Positions 10,401 to 19,447 of a stretch of DNA of 64,000 nucleotides are shown piece by piece. This stretch comes from an uncultured delta proteobacterium (GTDB lineage Bacteria; Desulfobacterota; Desulfomonilia; UBA1062), in assembly GCA_963798485.1 (NCBI GenBank), contig CAWCTR010000016.1:14974-78973 (forward strand). The letters run 5' to 3'. Numbering within the stretch: the first letter of the stretch is position 1; each line of letters begins with the position of its first letter. Position numbers and translations under genes: made by a program. Below the pieces are notes generated by a model. It ran no database searches. It worked only from the letters and a program-made list of their open reading frames with translations, and had not been told where the DNA came from.

Positions 10401-10903
10401 GGGTGGAATTCAAGTGCATCCAGTAAAGATCGCTCTGAGAAATGCTGTATGTTATAGATGCACAGGATTATCCCCAAACGCTTCTTGAGCCATTCAGCCA
10501 TTGATGGATGAAACGTCTCGTGATTGAACACATCCTTTGCAGAACTCATGCCTATGGCAATCCTTACAACCTTGCCGTTCTGCGAGTGTTTATCAAGATA
10601 GTTCACAAACTCTTTTTCATTGGAAAAATCGCCCTTGCCTGCAACGATAAGAGTACTGTCGGAGTTGTATTCTCCGGGATCATATCCAATGGCTTTGGCT
10701 TTATCCCAAAAATCCCCCGGATCGGAAATCCCGTCCACGGCAATGCATTTCTCGCCGCGTTTGATCCCCTCACAGAGGAACAACACAAGAGAACGGGCAC
10801 AAGCCTTTTTATCCTCGGGGAAACACCCGAGATAATCACCACCCGAAAGGCTTCCCATGGCCCGTATCATCACGGGTATATCCTCCCATAGGCCCCGATC
10901 CAT
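7475..10903 (-). CDS. Cytoplasmic hybrid sensor kinase (MEDS-PAS-PAS-HisKA-HATPase-REC-REC-Hpt)
   Basis: MEDS-like LCIY...HP...NPYF; two PAS/PAC; SHEIRTPL; NLLSNAMKFT, DTGIG, GGTGLGL; two receivers; HSIKGGA Hpt. Confidence 0.9.
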   Translation of the reverse strand: MDRGLWEDIPVMIRAMGSLSGGDYLGCFPEDKKACARSLVLFLCEGIKRGEKCIAVDGISDPGDFWDKAKAIGYDPGEYNSDSTLIVAGKGDFSNEKEFVNYLDKHSQNGKVVRIAIGMSSAKDVFNHETFHPSMAEWLKKRLGIILCIYNIQHFSERSLLDALEFHPLLIMNGVLSINPYFIHAGIQGGDGLGGRLAAYLDMLARNTARQQALEDRRIEQRFRDIFDNVSDFLYFHDLDGNLDFSECNAKVREDWAVLDDKQTKANLKELIVERYRELFKVYMARVLEKGKDEGLVQVKTRDGQEHILEYKNSLVYGEAGPIGVRGSARDITDRLRTEKALRRSEEKYRSILESMEEGYFEADLMGNFTFVNDSTCRIVGFPRVEVIGNSYRKFMDNDTAKRIFSVFNTVFKTGNPDKGVDWELIQKNAEKRPIESSISLMRDSKGQPIGFRGVLRDITHRKKAEELHKAMIKAEAQNRAKSEFLAHMSHEIRTPLNGIIGMTEIALDTDLTVEQREIMTTVYRESENLLGLINDILDFSKLESQRLEIENIPFDLKVLMEDISCSFAVMAKKKDLELIMYVSPEMPTRLVGDPGRLRQILTNLLSNAMKFTDKGEILLKVEYLEGIGAKTRARFLVKDTGIGIPQDKQGTIFESFTQADSSTTRKYGGTGLGLSISKSLTSLMEGQIGVESKPGEGSTFWFTAVFAHQDEPDMRPVPEDMDLSGIKVLVVDDNISARSTFASYLKAWGCIPLEATSAFEALDILKDRAGYCEQIKLVITDSHMPVMDGFTLAAQIRTQQLFKGIPIIMLTPSGSIGDGLRCTQSGIQGYLPKPVRNEELHRVITSVLKQGDICPAISSGKLITRYTLAEENRPTGVHILLADDYPTNQQVANRHLTKAGFSVEIVDDGQQALDSYKRSSYDLIIMDIEMPNMDGFTATKAIREIEERLIGDGVHRARGHIPIIAMTGHAIEGFRERCIDAGMDDFITKPVFRDDLISMVKKWLPARSIEEAGHGIIDKNTISLMDSSTNEANPPLNLNRALDEFDGDKVLLMKLINGFIDIARGQIDIIRKAISDGDMEVVRKEAHSIKGGAANLTAIDLSKIALALEKTAKTGQRDDSQDELRRLEEEYLRLETFANRL

Positions 10904-11087
10904 TTATCATCCTTGCCTTGATTAATATGAATTGGAGAACCTGTATCTCTTTTCTCTTTATGCACCGGTCCCTTCACACCTATAAAAAAATACATCGGTA
11001 GTCTCGGTATCGGAATTTCAATCGTGTTTTATGAAATCTTAATAAAAGAAGTACGATTCAGTGAATCAAGGGATTGTTTCCCCCATA

Positions 11088-11813
11088 TTATTCCCGGCCC
11101 CCTGGGGCCTGTTGCCCTGAACCGATAATGTGCATACCCGTATATGACTTCGTCTTTGGCCCGCAGGTGAACAGGAGGTCGAAGATTGAGAGGTTGGGCA
11201 CGAAAGATCCCCAGAGCTGGGGGTATATCCGTGTTGGAGGTTTGTAGAATTCCACTTCGACCCCGGCCTGTTCAAAGGAAATGCTATCGAGCCGCTTCCT
11301 TGCAGATTCATGAACCAAGTAGTGTGTTGCATTGAGTGACAGGCAGATATCCACAATCAGCCTGGTGCCCTTTTCCTGGATGCCGAGCTCGGACATCCTG
11401 ATGATTCTGGTTGTGCAGCCAAGTTCTCCGAGCACATAGGAAATGATCTCCATATTCATCTCGAAGAGGCTCTCCTGTCCTGAGGAAAAAAGCCTTTCAA
11501 AAATGCCCATGTGCTTGTCACAATAAGGTGCATGCAAGTATGCTTGGCGCAGGCTTGCCAGGTGCTTTTTGTGCCACCGGCCTTCATGGCAGATCTTCAC
11601 ATCGCTGTTCTTCTGCGGGCCAAGGCCCTTTTTCCACACCGGGATGCTCATCCACAAGGTGCCCTGGTCGTTCTTGAAGCGGTTGCGGGTGATCCATGTG
11701 GAGCCCTGGGGAAACTGTACTTCGTCGAGGATAACGAAGATGTCGGAGGCAAGGATCCTGGCAAAGTATCCCGGATAAGGGCAGAAATAGGGTCTCGCAG
11801 CTGATACGATCAT
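11088..11813 (-). CDS. WbqC family protein
   Basis: PYFCPYPGYF, DIFVILDEVQF, RNR, YPQLWGSFVPNLSIFDLLF. Confidence 0.85.
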   Translation of the reverse strand: MIVSAARPYFCPYPGYFARILASDIFVILDEVQFPQGSTWITRNRFKNDQGTLWMSIPVWKKGLGPQKNSDVKICHEGRWHKKHLASLRQAYLHAPYCDKHMGIFERLFSSGQESLFEMNMEIISYVLGELGCTTRIIRMSELGIQEKGTRLIVDICLSLNATHYLVHESARKRLDSISFEQAGVEVEFYKPPTRIYPQLWGSFVPNLSIFDLLFTCGPKTKSYTGMHIIGSGQQAPGGRE

Positions 11814-11902
11814 GCGCCCGCCTGTACCATTAGGTGGATTGTAACTTATGAATATACCTTGTTAGAGGTAATTTTAAATCCGCTATTATCCGGGTTGCCG
11901 GT

Positions 11903-12394
11903 TCACAGGTCGTAGAGGGTATCGTCCACCTTGGGTTTGGAACCCTTCTTTCCCCCCTTGGACTTCTGCTCCATCATAAAGGGGTCCTCCCCCTCAAGCA
12001 GGTCCCCCATTTCGGCCTCGATCTTTTCAGGGTCCTCACCACGCTCCATCCTTGCCAGCGCCTCCTCCATGCCGGAGCCCATCTTCAGGCCCGTCGCATC
12101 CGTGAGCTTTCGCATAAGCAAAGCGGCCTGCCTGGGATCATCTTCCTTAAGCCCCCCTGCCTCGCTTGCAAGCATGGACATGGCCTTTTCCATCTTGTCC
12201 TCGTCGAATTGCGGCATGTCACCTTCCGCCTCATCTCCCTTTCTGCCTGAGATGGCAGCAAAAATCGAGACCTTGCGTTTGAGTCTGACGTTTTTGCATT
12301 TCGGGCATTTCGGTTTCTTGTCCGTGTTGATAGTCCTGGAAAAAAAGTTATATATGGTGTCGCACTTGCTGCAGTAGAACTCATAGATCGGCAT
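11903..12394 (-). CDS. FmdB family zinc-ribbon protein
   Basis: MPIYEFYCSKC...CPKC followed by an acidic helical C-terminus. Confidence 0.85.
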   Translation of the reverse strand: MPIYEFYCSKCDTIYNFFSRTINTDKKPKCPKCKNVRLKRKVSIFAAISGRKGDEAEGDMPQFDEDKMEKAMSMLASEAGGLKEDDPRQAALLMRKLTDATGLKMGSGMEEALARMERGEDPEKIEAEMGDLLEGEDPFMMEQKSKGGKKGSKPKVDDTLYDL

Positions 12395-12488
12395 GGATAC
12401 TCCTTACATAATGGGGGTTCTGACCCTTATATGAATTAAATCGTCATAAGAAATCAAGTCCGAAGATCCGTGTCTGCTGCGTCGTTCC

Positions 12489-12517
12489 TTGACATTTAGG
12501 TCATAGAGGTCTATATA
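12489..12517 (+). promoter_or_regulatory. Putative sigma70 promoter of the DEAD-box helicase
   Basis: TTGACA-N17-TATATA, ~80 nt upstream of ATG 12599. Confidence 0.55.
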
Positions 12518-12598
12518 TAGGTCAATCAGGCATATCATTCATGAAATCAGAGCCATTTTGTCGAAACAATAAACGAATAACCACACCAAGGAGTATTC

Positions 12599-13831
12599 AT
12601 GTACTTTGCTGAATTGCCAATTGACGATCGGATTCTGCTCGGCATCAATGATGCGGGTTTTACCGCATGCACGCCTGTTCAGGCTGCCACATTCGAACAC
12701 AGCCTCAAAGGCTCTGACGTATGCGCCCAGTCGCAGACCGGCACCGGGAAGACCGCTGCATTTCTTATCACGATCTTCCAGAATCTCAAAGAGCAGAAGG
12801 GCCGTAAGGCCATGATCATCGTACCCACCAGGGAACTCGCCGTCCAAGTTGAGGAGGAAGCCGAGCTCCTCGGGGGCCATCTTGACTACAAGGTAGCCTG
12901 CATCTATGGCGGTGTGGGATACAAGTCCCAGGAGCAGCAGCTCAAGCAGGGGGCGAACATCATCGTGGGCACCCCTGGCAGGATAATGGACCTCAACCGC
13001 TCGGGAAAGCTGAGCTACAAGGACATAGGCATCCTTGTCATCGACGAGGCGGACCGGCTCTTCGACATGGGTTTTATCGCAGACCTGAGGAAGATGCTTA
13101 GGGGCATGCCCCCTGTTCATAAGCGCCAGACCATGCTCTTTTCCGCCACCCTGAGCTTCCTGGTAAAGGAGCTTGCCTGGCAGTATATGAACAACCCTGT
13201 CGAGATCGAGATAGCCGCAGAGCACCTGACCGTAGACTCGGTTACCCAGGAGCTCTACCATGTGGGTAATGATGAGAAGATGAACCTCCTCATGGGACTC
13301 CTCAGGAAAGAAAACCCCAAGAACTGTCTGATTTTTGCCAACATGAAGCATACCGCTGAAGATGTCTCGCGGCGCCTGAGAACGAACGGGTTCACCTGCG
13401 AGTTCATCACCGGAGATCTCCCTCAGAAGAAGCGGCTCGAGGTCATCGACGGCATAAAGAGCGGCCATATACCGTTGCTTGTAGCGACAAACGTAGCGGC
13501 CCGGGGACTGCACGTGGACGACCTGGACCTGGTGATCAACTATGATATCCCTGAGGACTGCGAGGATTATGTCCACCGCATCGGGCGTACTGCAAGGGTG
13601 GGGAAAGAAGGCAAGGCCATATCGCTGGTCTGTGAAGATTATGTCCATGCCCTGGATTCCATCGAGAAATACCTCGGCATGAAGATACCCGTCATCTGGC
13701 CGGAAGAGTCCCTGTTTGCCGAAGACAAGAGTAAGCGCGCACGGCAGCACGGCAGGGACTCCAGGGGGAAAGGCACCTTCAGGGGCAAGAGACCTTCGCC
13801 TGCGCAACGCCACGCCCATCATCACCGGTGA
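12599..13831 (+). CDS. DEAD-box RNA helicase (RhlB/RhlE-like)
   Basis: Q motif, QTGTGKT, PTRELA, TPGR, DEAD, SAT, ARGL, HRIGRTAR. Confidence 0.95.
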   Translation: MYFAELPIDDRILLGINDAGFTACTPVQAATFEHSLKGSDVCAQSQTGTGKTAAFLITIFQNLKEQKGRKAMIIVPTRELAVQVEEEAELLGGHLDYKVACIYGGVGYKSQEQQLKQGANIIVGTPGRIMDLNRSGKLSYKDIGILVIDEADRLFDMGFIADLRKMLRGMPPVHKRQTMLFSATLSFLVKELAWQYMNNPVEIEIAAEHLTVDSVTQELYHVGNDEKMNLLMGLLRKENPKNCLIFANMKHTAEDVSRRLRTNGFTCEFITGDLPQKKRLEVIDGIKSGHIPLLVATNVAARGLHVDDLDLVINYDIPEDCEDYVHRIGRTARVGKEGKAISLVCEDYVHALDSIEKYLGMKIPVIWPEESLFAEDKSKRARQHGRDSRGKGTFRGKRPSPAQRHAHHHR

Positions 13832-13841
13832 TGAAATAATA

Positions 13842-13869
13842 GGGCGCTGCACACAGCGCCCCTCCTTTG
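13842..13869 (+). terminator. Putative intrinsic terminator
   Basis: GGGCGCTG-CACA-CAGCGCCC stem just after the helicase stop, between convergent genes; weak U-tract. Confidence 0.55.
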
Positions 13870-13913
13870 TAAAATCCTGTTCCTATCTCCTCCGGACATC
13901 CTGCTGCTTCACT

Positions 13914-15113
13914 TCATGACCTGGTGAATACCATGGATGCAAAGGTCACGGCACTGTTTGTGGCAGGCTCGTCATAGGTGCCGTAGTCGAGAAGCTCTGC
14001 CGTGCACCTGCCAATGAGCGATGAAAAGAGCATCATGGATGTGAGCCCGCAGACATTGAACTGGTCACCTGTTTCCCTGGCGTTTTGAAAGATGTCCTCG
14101 GCCCGGGCGTTCATAAGGCTCTCGATGATCACCCTATCATTGGCAGTAGCCCGGCCCAGGAGTGAAGCGGCAGGCAAGGAGTGCCCGAACTTATAACCCA
14201 CATGGGAAAAATCCACACCTGACACAAAGAGCACCTTGCGCCCGCTTTGTTTGACGATGCGAAGGATGCCGTCCCTGAACGCGATAAAACCCTCATCGCA
14301 AAAAGGGTCTTTCCCGCTCGACAGGTATTCATGAATGCCCCCGCAGAGCACAGGGACGATTCGAGCGGACGCCCCCAGATAATAGGCCAGAAACACGGTT
14401 TGGAACTCGATGGAATGCTCCATCATGTGATCAAAATCATAGAGGGCAACGCTGCCTTCAGGAAGCTCTTCCTTCAGCTCAGCGACGAACTCTTTGTCGG
14501 TATTCAGCGTGCAGAGCGGTGTTACATAATCCTTCTCAGTCAGGCAGTACGGTTCAGGCCCGCCGTGATGATTGATGCCCAGAATGATCACCAGGTCATA
14601 TTCCCTGCCTTTTATCCTCCGGTAGGCATCCACATAGGCCTTTTCTGCGGCGGCTATCTCGATATGGGGGGCCAGGATTCCCACAATGTCATGGCCCGGG
14701 TCAGGCAGAACCGGCAGCCCGGCCTCTACAGAAGCGATATGCGCCCTGAGCCTGTCCGGATCCTTTTCATAGGATGTCCCGGCAAGCACGGGCATGCGGA
14801 TGCCCTTTTGGGCGAAGTCTTCCATGATTGCCGTCTTCTTGAGCCTGAAGGCATCACTTTCCAGGAGAAAGGCCTGATCAAACTGATCGATAAGGGCCTC
14901 CACATCGGCAATGGGCACAATGGAACCCCCGAACAAATGCATAAGCCCCATCTGGATGTCCCGCAGGTCATGTTGCCCGTCCATCATGGCAAGAAGCGGT
15001 GCCACCCGGGCATGGAGGGCAAATCCCCCACCGGCAAGCCTCATGGGATCCATGAAGGTGATCATCTGCATGCCCTCAAGCATGACAGGAACAGCCTGGA
15101 TGTCTCGCCTCAA
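13914..15113 (-). CDS. amrB: AmmeMemoRadiSam system protein B (MEMO1 family) with N-terminal extension; start uncertain
   Basis: PVLAGTSY, GILAPH, ILGINH, EHSIEFQ, VDFSHVG, NVCG motifs. Confidence 0.85.
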   Translation of the reverse strand: MRRDIQAVPVMLEGMQMITFMDPMRLAGGGFALHARVAPLLAMMDGQHDLRDIQMGLMHLFGGSIVPIADVEALIDQFDQAFLLESDAFRLKKTAIMEDFAQKGIRMPVLAGTSYEKDPDRLRAHIASVEAGLPVLPDPGHDIVGILAPHIEIAAAEKAYVDAYRRIKGREYDLVIILGINHHGGPEPYCLTEKDYVTPLCTLNTDKEFVAELKEELPEGSVALYDFDHMMEHSIEFQTVFLAYYLGASARIVPVLCGGIHEYLSSGKDPFCDEGFIAFRDGILRIVKQSGRKVLFVSGVDFSHVGYKFGHSLPAASLLGRATANDRVIIESLMNARAEDIFQNARETGDQFNVCGLTSMMLFSSLIGRCTAELLDYGTYDEPATNSAVTFASMVFTRS

Positions 15114-15275
15114 GATAGGCTTCGTGGTACCATCCTCCCTTTGAAGACAGGCTCAGAAGAACCGCTGTCAATACACTCAAACAGTCTGGGCCTTTGGGGC
15201 AAGCTTGCCGTATATGGTCGGGGTTGTTCTTTACAGACGTTGAAGTGATAAGGCCGGAAAAGCCTGTGTTCAGCC

Positions 15276-15401
15276 TTATTTTTTCCTGGTGGCCTTCTTG
15301 ATGATCGGTGCTGCCCTTTTTTTACTCTTCCTGGGCCTCGATTTGCCAAAGGTCCCGATCCAGATCTTGCCTCGTTTACTCTTCTGATCGCCCTTACCCA
15401 T
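15276..15401 (-). CDS. thx: 30S ribosomal protein bTHX (THX/PSRP4 family), 41 aa; not in ORF track
   Basis: [41 protein letters not shown] matches the THX pattern GKGDxxTxRGKIxxGxxGxxRPR; GGGAGG RBS upstream. Confidence 0.92.
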   Translation of the reverse strand: MGKGDQKSKRGKIWIGTFGKSRPRKSKKRAAPIIKKATRKK

Positions 15402-15584
15402 AAATGAATCCTCCCTGTGCAATCATCTGCTCATGATGGAATTCTTCCGTATGGAGCGCATTTCAATTCCCGTAAGCCTCTCCTGCCCTTGCCGGTTTAG
15501 AACCAGGATATAACCAATGTTTTTTCGTAAGGCACGCCATTTGTCAAGCAGGATCTGGAGATAAGGCAATAGGCACGAGATAGG

Positions 15585-15616
15585 TCCCCTCTCCCTCGAT
15601 GGGAGAGGGACAGGGT
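15585..15616. repeat. REP-like palindrome CCCTCTCCC..GGGAGAGGG
   Basis: TCCCCTCTCCCTCGATGGGAGAGGGACAGGGT just downstream of hslO; may also act as terminator. Confidence 0.55.
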
Positions 15617-15632
15617 ATAGTAAGAATAAGGT

Positions 15633-16508
15633 TCAATGCATCTCATGGAGCAGGCGCATGAGGTGCTCCTTGGTAAAGGCATAGCTGCGGCAGCAGAAGT
15701 GGCATGAGATGTCGAAGACCTCCCGGCCTTTGATAACCTCTTCCATCTGGGACTTGCCGAGCGTTATGAGGGCCTGTTCCACCCTGCCCCGGGAGCAGGT
15801 GCATTTGAACGAGAGCGGCCTTGTCTCGATGATCCGGTACGGGATCCCGTCAAATACTTCCGTAAGGATGCCTTCCGGTGTCTTGCCGTCGCGAAGCTGC
15901 CTCGTGACCGGCGGCATGTTCTCGATCCTTTCCGCCAGGGCATCGATGAGTGCATCATCGGCAGGGGGGAGGGATTGCACAAGGAATCCGCCCGAGGCGC
16001 TCACGACTCCGTCGGCCTCGACATAGACCCCCAGGCCCACTGCCGAGGGTATCTGCTCCGATTCGGTGAGATAATATGCAAGGTCGGAAGCGATCTCCCC
16101 GGTGTAGAGCTTAACAACCCCATTATACGGGTCTTTGAGCCTCAGGTCCTTGGTCACGGTGAGCAGGCCCTCCCTGCCCAGGGCGCCTCCCACGTCTAGC
16201 TTGCCGTTCCTGGGGGGCAGGTCAACCTGGGGCACCTCCACATATCCCCGCACCGTGCCGTCACCCTCTGCCTCAACGATGATCTTCCTGAGCGGTCCGT
16301 TTCCGGTGAACTTCAGCGCCACCCTCTGGCCCGGATCCAGCAATGCACCGAGAAGCCCGCCTCCGGTGAGCGCCCTGCCTAGGGCAGCCGTGGCGGTGGG
16401 ATAGGTGCCGTGACGGTTCTGCGCATCGTTCACCAGGTTCGTGGTAATGCATGCAAGACCAAGGATGTTCTTCTCTTCAGTAATGACCCGTACCAGGTAG
16501 TCGTCCAT
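15633..16508 (-). CDS. hslO: Hsp33 redox-regulated chaperone
   Basis: YYLTESEQIPS, GGFLVQ, C-terminal CTC...CHFC zinc site. Confidence 0.95.
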   Translation of the reverse strand: MDDYLVRVITEEKNILGLACITTNLVNDAQNRHGTYPTATAALGRALTGGGLLGALLDPGQRVALKFTGNGPLRKIIVEAEGDGTVRGYVEVPQVDLPPRNGKLDVGGALGREGLLTVTKDLRLKDPYNGVVKLYTGEIASDLAYYLTESEQIPSAVGLGVYVEADGVVSASGGFLVQSLPPADDALIDALAERIENMPPVTRQLRDGKTPEGILTEVFDGIPYRIIETRPLSFKCTCSRGRVEQALITLGKSQMEEVIKGREVFDISCHFCCRSYAFTKEHLMRLLHEMH

Positions 16509-16628
16509 TGATGCATATTCCTTTCATTCATCATAGGGCGTTGTGCCGTTTCAATTCCTTCCTAGGATACGCACTGAAGGTATTCAAGGATATTCTTGCA
16601 CAGTATCGTAAAGGTTATGTTTAAAGTG

Positions 16629-16667
16629 ACGCCGTGCTGTTTCGGCAAAGCCTCAACAGCACGACGT
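16629..16667. terminator. Hairpin downstream of hpf (possible terminator)
   Basis: ACGCCGTGCTGTT...AACAGCACGACGT inverted repeat. Confidence 0.35.
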
Positions 16668-16687
16668 GATCTGTTTAACGAATAATG

Positions 16688-16766
16688 AGAACTTGTCCGT
16701 AAATAAAATTGCATCCAATGATAACAGCACGTTATCCGGCGAGATACCTATTTACGGATAAGTTCT
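16688..16766. repeat. 79-bp MITE-like element with 18-bp terminal inverted repeats
   Basis: AGAACTTGTCCGTAAATA vs TATTTACGGATAAGTTCT (17/18 complementary). Confidence 0.5.
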
Positions 16767-16772
16767 TAATCT

Positions 16773-17297
16773 CTAGATCTGTGGCTCAACCAGGGCAAGC
16801 CTTCCATCCTGGCGCTTATAGATGAGATTGAGCTGCTTTGATTCGGTGTTCTGGAAGATAACGAATCGCTCAGGGGCCTCTTCCATAAGCTCGAGGGCCT
16901 CTTCCACGCTCATGGGACTGACAGCATAGTTCTTCTCATAGATGAGGCGCGGTTTTGCCTTTTTACTGACCAAAGATGCAGCTGCCGCCGGCGGGGTTTT
17001 GGTTTGGGTCTTCTTGCCTTGGAGCTTTTCCTTGTGCTTTTTAATCTGCCTTTCCAGCTTATCCATTACCATGTCGATGGCCGAGTATAAGTCTTCAGTG
17101 ATCTCTACGGCATTGATCACCACACCATCGGCGGTCAGCGTGACATCAGCCTTGTGCCGGCGCTTTTCCACAGAAAGGACGACATGCGCTTCAGCGGTGC
17201 GGTCGATGTATTTGTCCATCTTCGAGAGCCTTTTGAACGCGTAGTCTTTCAGCGCATCGGAAGAGTCAATGTTTTTAAAGGTAATGTCGGTCTGCAT
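16773..17297 (-). CDS. hpf: Ribosome hibernation promoting factor (long HPF)
   Basis: DLYSAID...KLERQIKKHKEK plus C-terminal PMSVEEA domain; directly downstream of rpoN. Confidence 0.92.
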   Translation of the reverse strand: MQTDITFKNIDSSDALKDYAFKRLSKMDKYIDRTAEAHVVLSVEKRRHKADVTLTADGVVINAVEITEDLYSAIDMVMDKLERQIKKHKEKLQGKKTQTKTPPAAAASLVSKKAKPRLIYEKNYAVSPMSVEEALELMEEAPERFVIFQNTESKQLNLIYKRQDGRLALVEPQI

Positions 17298-17326
17298 AAA
17301 TCCTCCTCTCGTGGTTAAACAGTTAT

Positions 17327-18706
17327 TTAAAAATGTTTCTTCCTCTGGTTTGATGGAAGAATACCAAGCAATTCACGGTACTTGGCAACGGTCCTCCGTG
17401 CGATCCTCACCCCTTTCCCTTTTAGTTTATAAGCAATGGCCTGGTCGCTCAGGGGATGTTTGACATCCTCTACCTTAATAATATTTTCGATTTCACTCTT
17501 GACGCTCTGTGATGCAACAAAGCTACCATCACTTTTGGATATGCCGCTGTTGAAAAAATATTTGAGCTCGAATGTTCCCTGGGTCGTATGCACATATTTA
17601 TTAGATGTAACCCTGCTTATAGTGGATTCATGCATGCCCACGTCATCGGCAACATCTCTTAAGACCAACGGCTTCAGGTTGGTTATCCCATGGTCGAGAA
17701 ATTCTTTCTGGAATTTTACAATGCTCTCGGTGACCTTGCACAGGGTATTCTGTCTCTGCTGTATGCTCTTCAATAACCATTGGGCGGACTTGAAGCAGTC
17801 GGAGAGATAGTTTTTGGCCATCTTGCCCATGTTGTCGGACTTCATCATGATCTGGTATTCCTTGTTGAGCTTTAGGATGGGCAAATCCTCATCATTGAGC
17901 AGGACCACATATTCACCCTCGAGTTTGACTACATAGACATCAGGGACAATGTACTGCGGTGGATCGTCGGAATAGTCCCTGGCCGGCCTGGGTTCCATGT
18001 TGACAATGATCTGGGCTGCCTGGGCCACATCATCCACGGTTGCAGAGAGTTCCTGGGCGATCTTGTTGTAGTTCTTGGTCTGGAGGTCCTCGAGATGGGA
18101 ATCAATGATACTCCACACCAGGGTATTCTCCAGGCCCAGTATTCTTGCCTGGATCTTGAGACAGTCCCGTAGGTCGCGGGCAGCGATACCGGGCGGGTCA
18201 AACCGCTGTACCTTGGCCACTGCGGATTCAACAACCTCAGGCATAGCACCGGTTTCCTGGCATATGGCCTCAGTATCAAGGATCATGTAGCCATTGTGAT
18301 CGAGGTTGCCGATAATAAAGAAGCCGACTTCCTGTTCTTTTTCAGTGAAATCATTGAGCCTCAGTTGCCAGAGAAGATGATCAAAAAGGCCTTCGGGTTT
18401 GCAGGTGGTGGATTCAATGGAGGGCCGCTCTTCGTCTTCGTAGTATGGGACATTGTCCTGGCCGTATGTTTCCAGGTATGCATCCCATCTCTGTTTGAGC
18501 TGTTCCCTCTCCTTTACGACATCAGGGGTGTCCTCACGCTGGCTTTCGGCTCCCACATCAAGCAAGGGGTTCTGTTCGAGCTCGCTTTCTATGTATTCCT
18601 GCAGTTCGAGCCGGCTGAGCTGCAGGAGTTTGATGGCCTGCTGGAGCTGTGGCGTCATAATGAGTTGCTGCGCCAGCTTGAGATGTTGCTTAAGCTCCAA
18701 TGCCAT
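17327..18706 (-). CDS. rpoN: RNA polymerase sigma-54 factor
   Basis: MTPQLQQAIKLLQL, HESTISR, RpoN box ARRTVAKYR. Confidence 0.98.
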   Translation of the reverse strand: MALELKQHLKLAQQLIMTPQLQQAIKLLQLSRLELQEYIESELEQNPLLDVGAESQREDTPDVVKEREQLKQRWDAYLETYGQDNVPYYEDEERPSIESTTCKPEGLFDHLLWQLRLNDFTEKEQEVGFFIIGNLDHNGYMILDTEAICQETGAMPEVVESAVAKVQRFDPPGIAARDLRDCLKIQARILGLENTLVWSIIDSHLEDLQTKNYNKIAQELSATVDDVAQAAQIIVNMEPRPARDYSDDPPQYIVPDVYVVKLEGEYVVLLNDEDLPILKLNKEYQIMMKSDNMGKMAKNYLSDCFKSAQWLLKSIQQRQNTLCKVTESIVKFQKEFLDHGITNLKPLVLRDVADDVGMHESTISRVTSNKYVHTTQGTFELKYFFNSGISKSDGSFVASQSVKSEIENIIKVEDVKHPLSDQAIAYKLKGKGVRIARRTVAKYRELLGILPSNQRKKHF

Positions 18707-18718
18707 CCTTAACCCCTT

Positions 18719-19447
18719 CTAGAGAGAAAAATCCTTGCCCACATAGATCTGCTTAACCTGATCATTTGCCACTACCTGTTCCGGGGTTCCTTCCTCAATA
18801 ACAACACCCTGATGGATAATATATGCCCTGTCACATATCTTCAGGGTTTCTTTTACATTATGATCGGTAATAATGACACCAATTCCCAATTTTTTCAAGT
18901 TTACTATCATATCCTGTATGTCACCTACCGTGATGGGGTCAATCCCGGCGAACGGTTCATCCAGGAGCATGAATGCAGGGCTCAGGGCCATGGCCCTGGC
19001 GATCTCAACGCGACGCCTCTCTCCGCCGGAGAGTGAGACACCTTTGGTCCTTCGTACCTGATCAAGCCCGAAGCTTGCCACTATCTCATCAAGGTTCTGT
19101 TTCAGAGCACTTCCCCTTAATCCCCTTGCTTCCAAAGGGACAGCAATATTGTCCTCCACACTCAAGCCCCTGAATACGGAGGGCTCCTGCGGCAGATAGC
19201 CGATGCCTCTCATGGCCCGGCCTGCGAGATCGATACCGGTGATATCTTCGGCGCCCAAGAAGACCTTGCCCTTGTCCACGCGGATGAGCCCGACAATCAT
19301 ATAGAAGGTTGTGGTCTTTCCTGCGCCGTTGGGGCCTAAGAGCCCAATGATCTCACCAGGGTTGCATGCAATAGAGAGCCCTTTGATGACATGGACCTTT
19401 CCAAAGCTTTTTTCAAGGCCCACGGCCTTTAAGGTCATTTCCCCCAC
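18719..19447 (-). CDS. lptB: LPS export ABC transporter ATP-binding protein
   Basis: GPNGAGKTT, YLPQE, LSGGERRR, DEPFAGIDP; operon context. Confidence 0.95.
   Translation of the reverse strand: MGEMTLKAVGLEKSFGKVHVIKGLSIACNPGEIIGLLGPNGAGKTTTFYMIVGLIRVDKGKVFLGAEDITGIDLAGRAMRGIGYLPQEPSVFRGLSVEDNIAVPLEARGLRGSALKQNLDEIVASFGLDQVRRTKGVSLSGGERRRVEIARAMALSPAFMLLDEPFAGIDPITVGDIQDMIVNLKKLGIGVIITDHNVKETLKICDRAYIIHQGVVIEEGTPEQVVANDQVKQIYVGKDFSL

Noticed and set aside
10990-11035. Sigma28 promoter upstream of the hybrid kinase
   Set aside because: CCGAT cores are present but no TAAA-like -35 at correct spacing
12539-13852. Long antisense ORFs (e.g. 437 aa opposite the helicase; also 970-2019, 14247-15248, 54295-55116, 62981-63778)
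   Set aside because: Shadow ORFs of GC3-rich genes; no recognisable motifs
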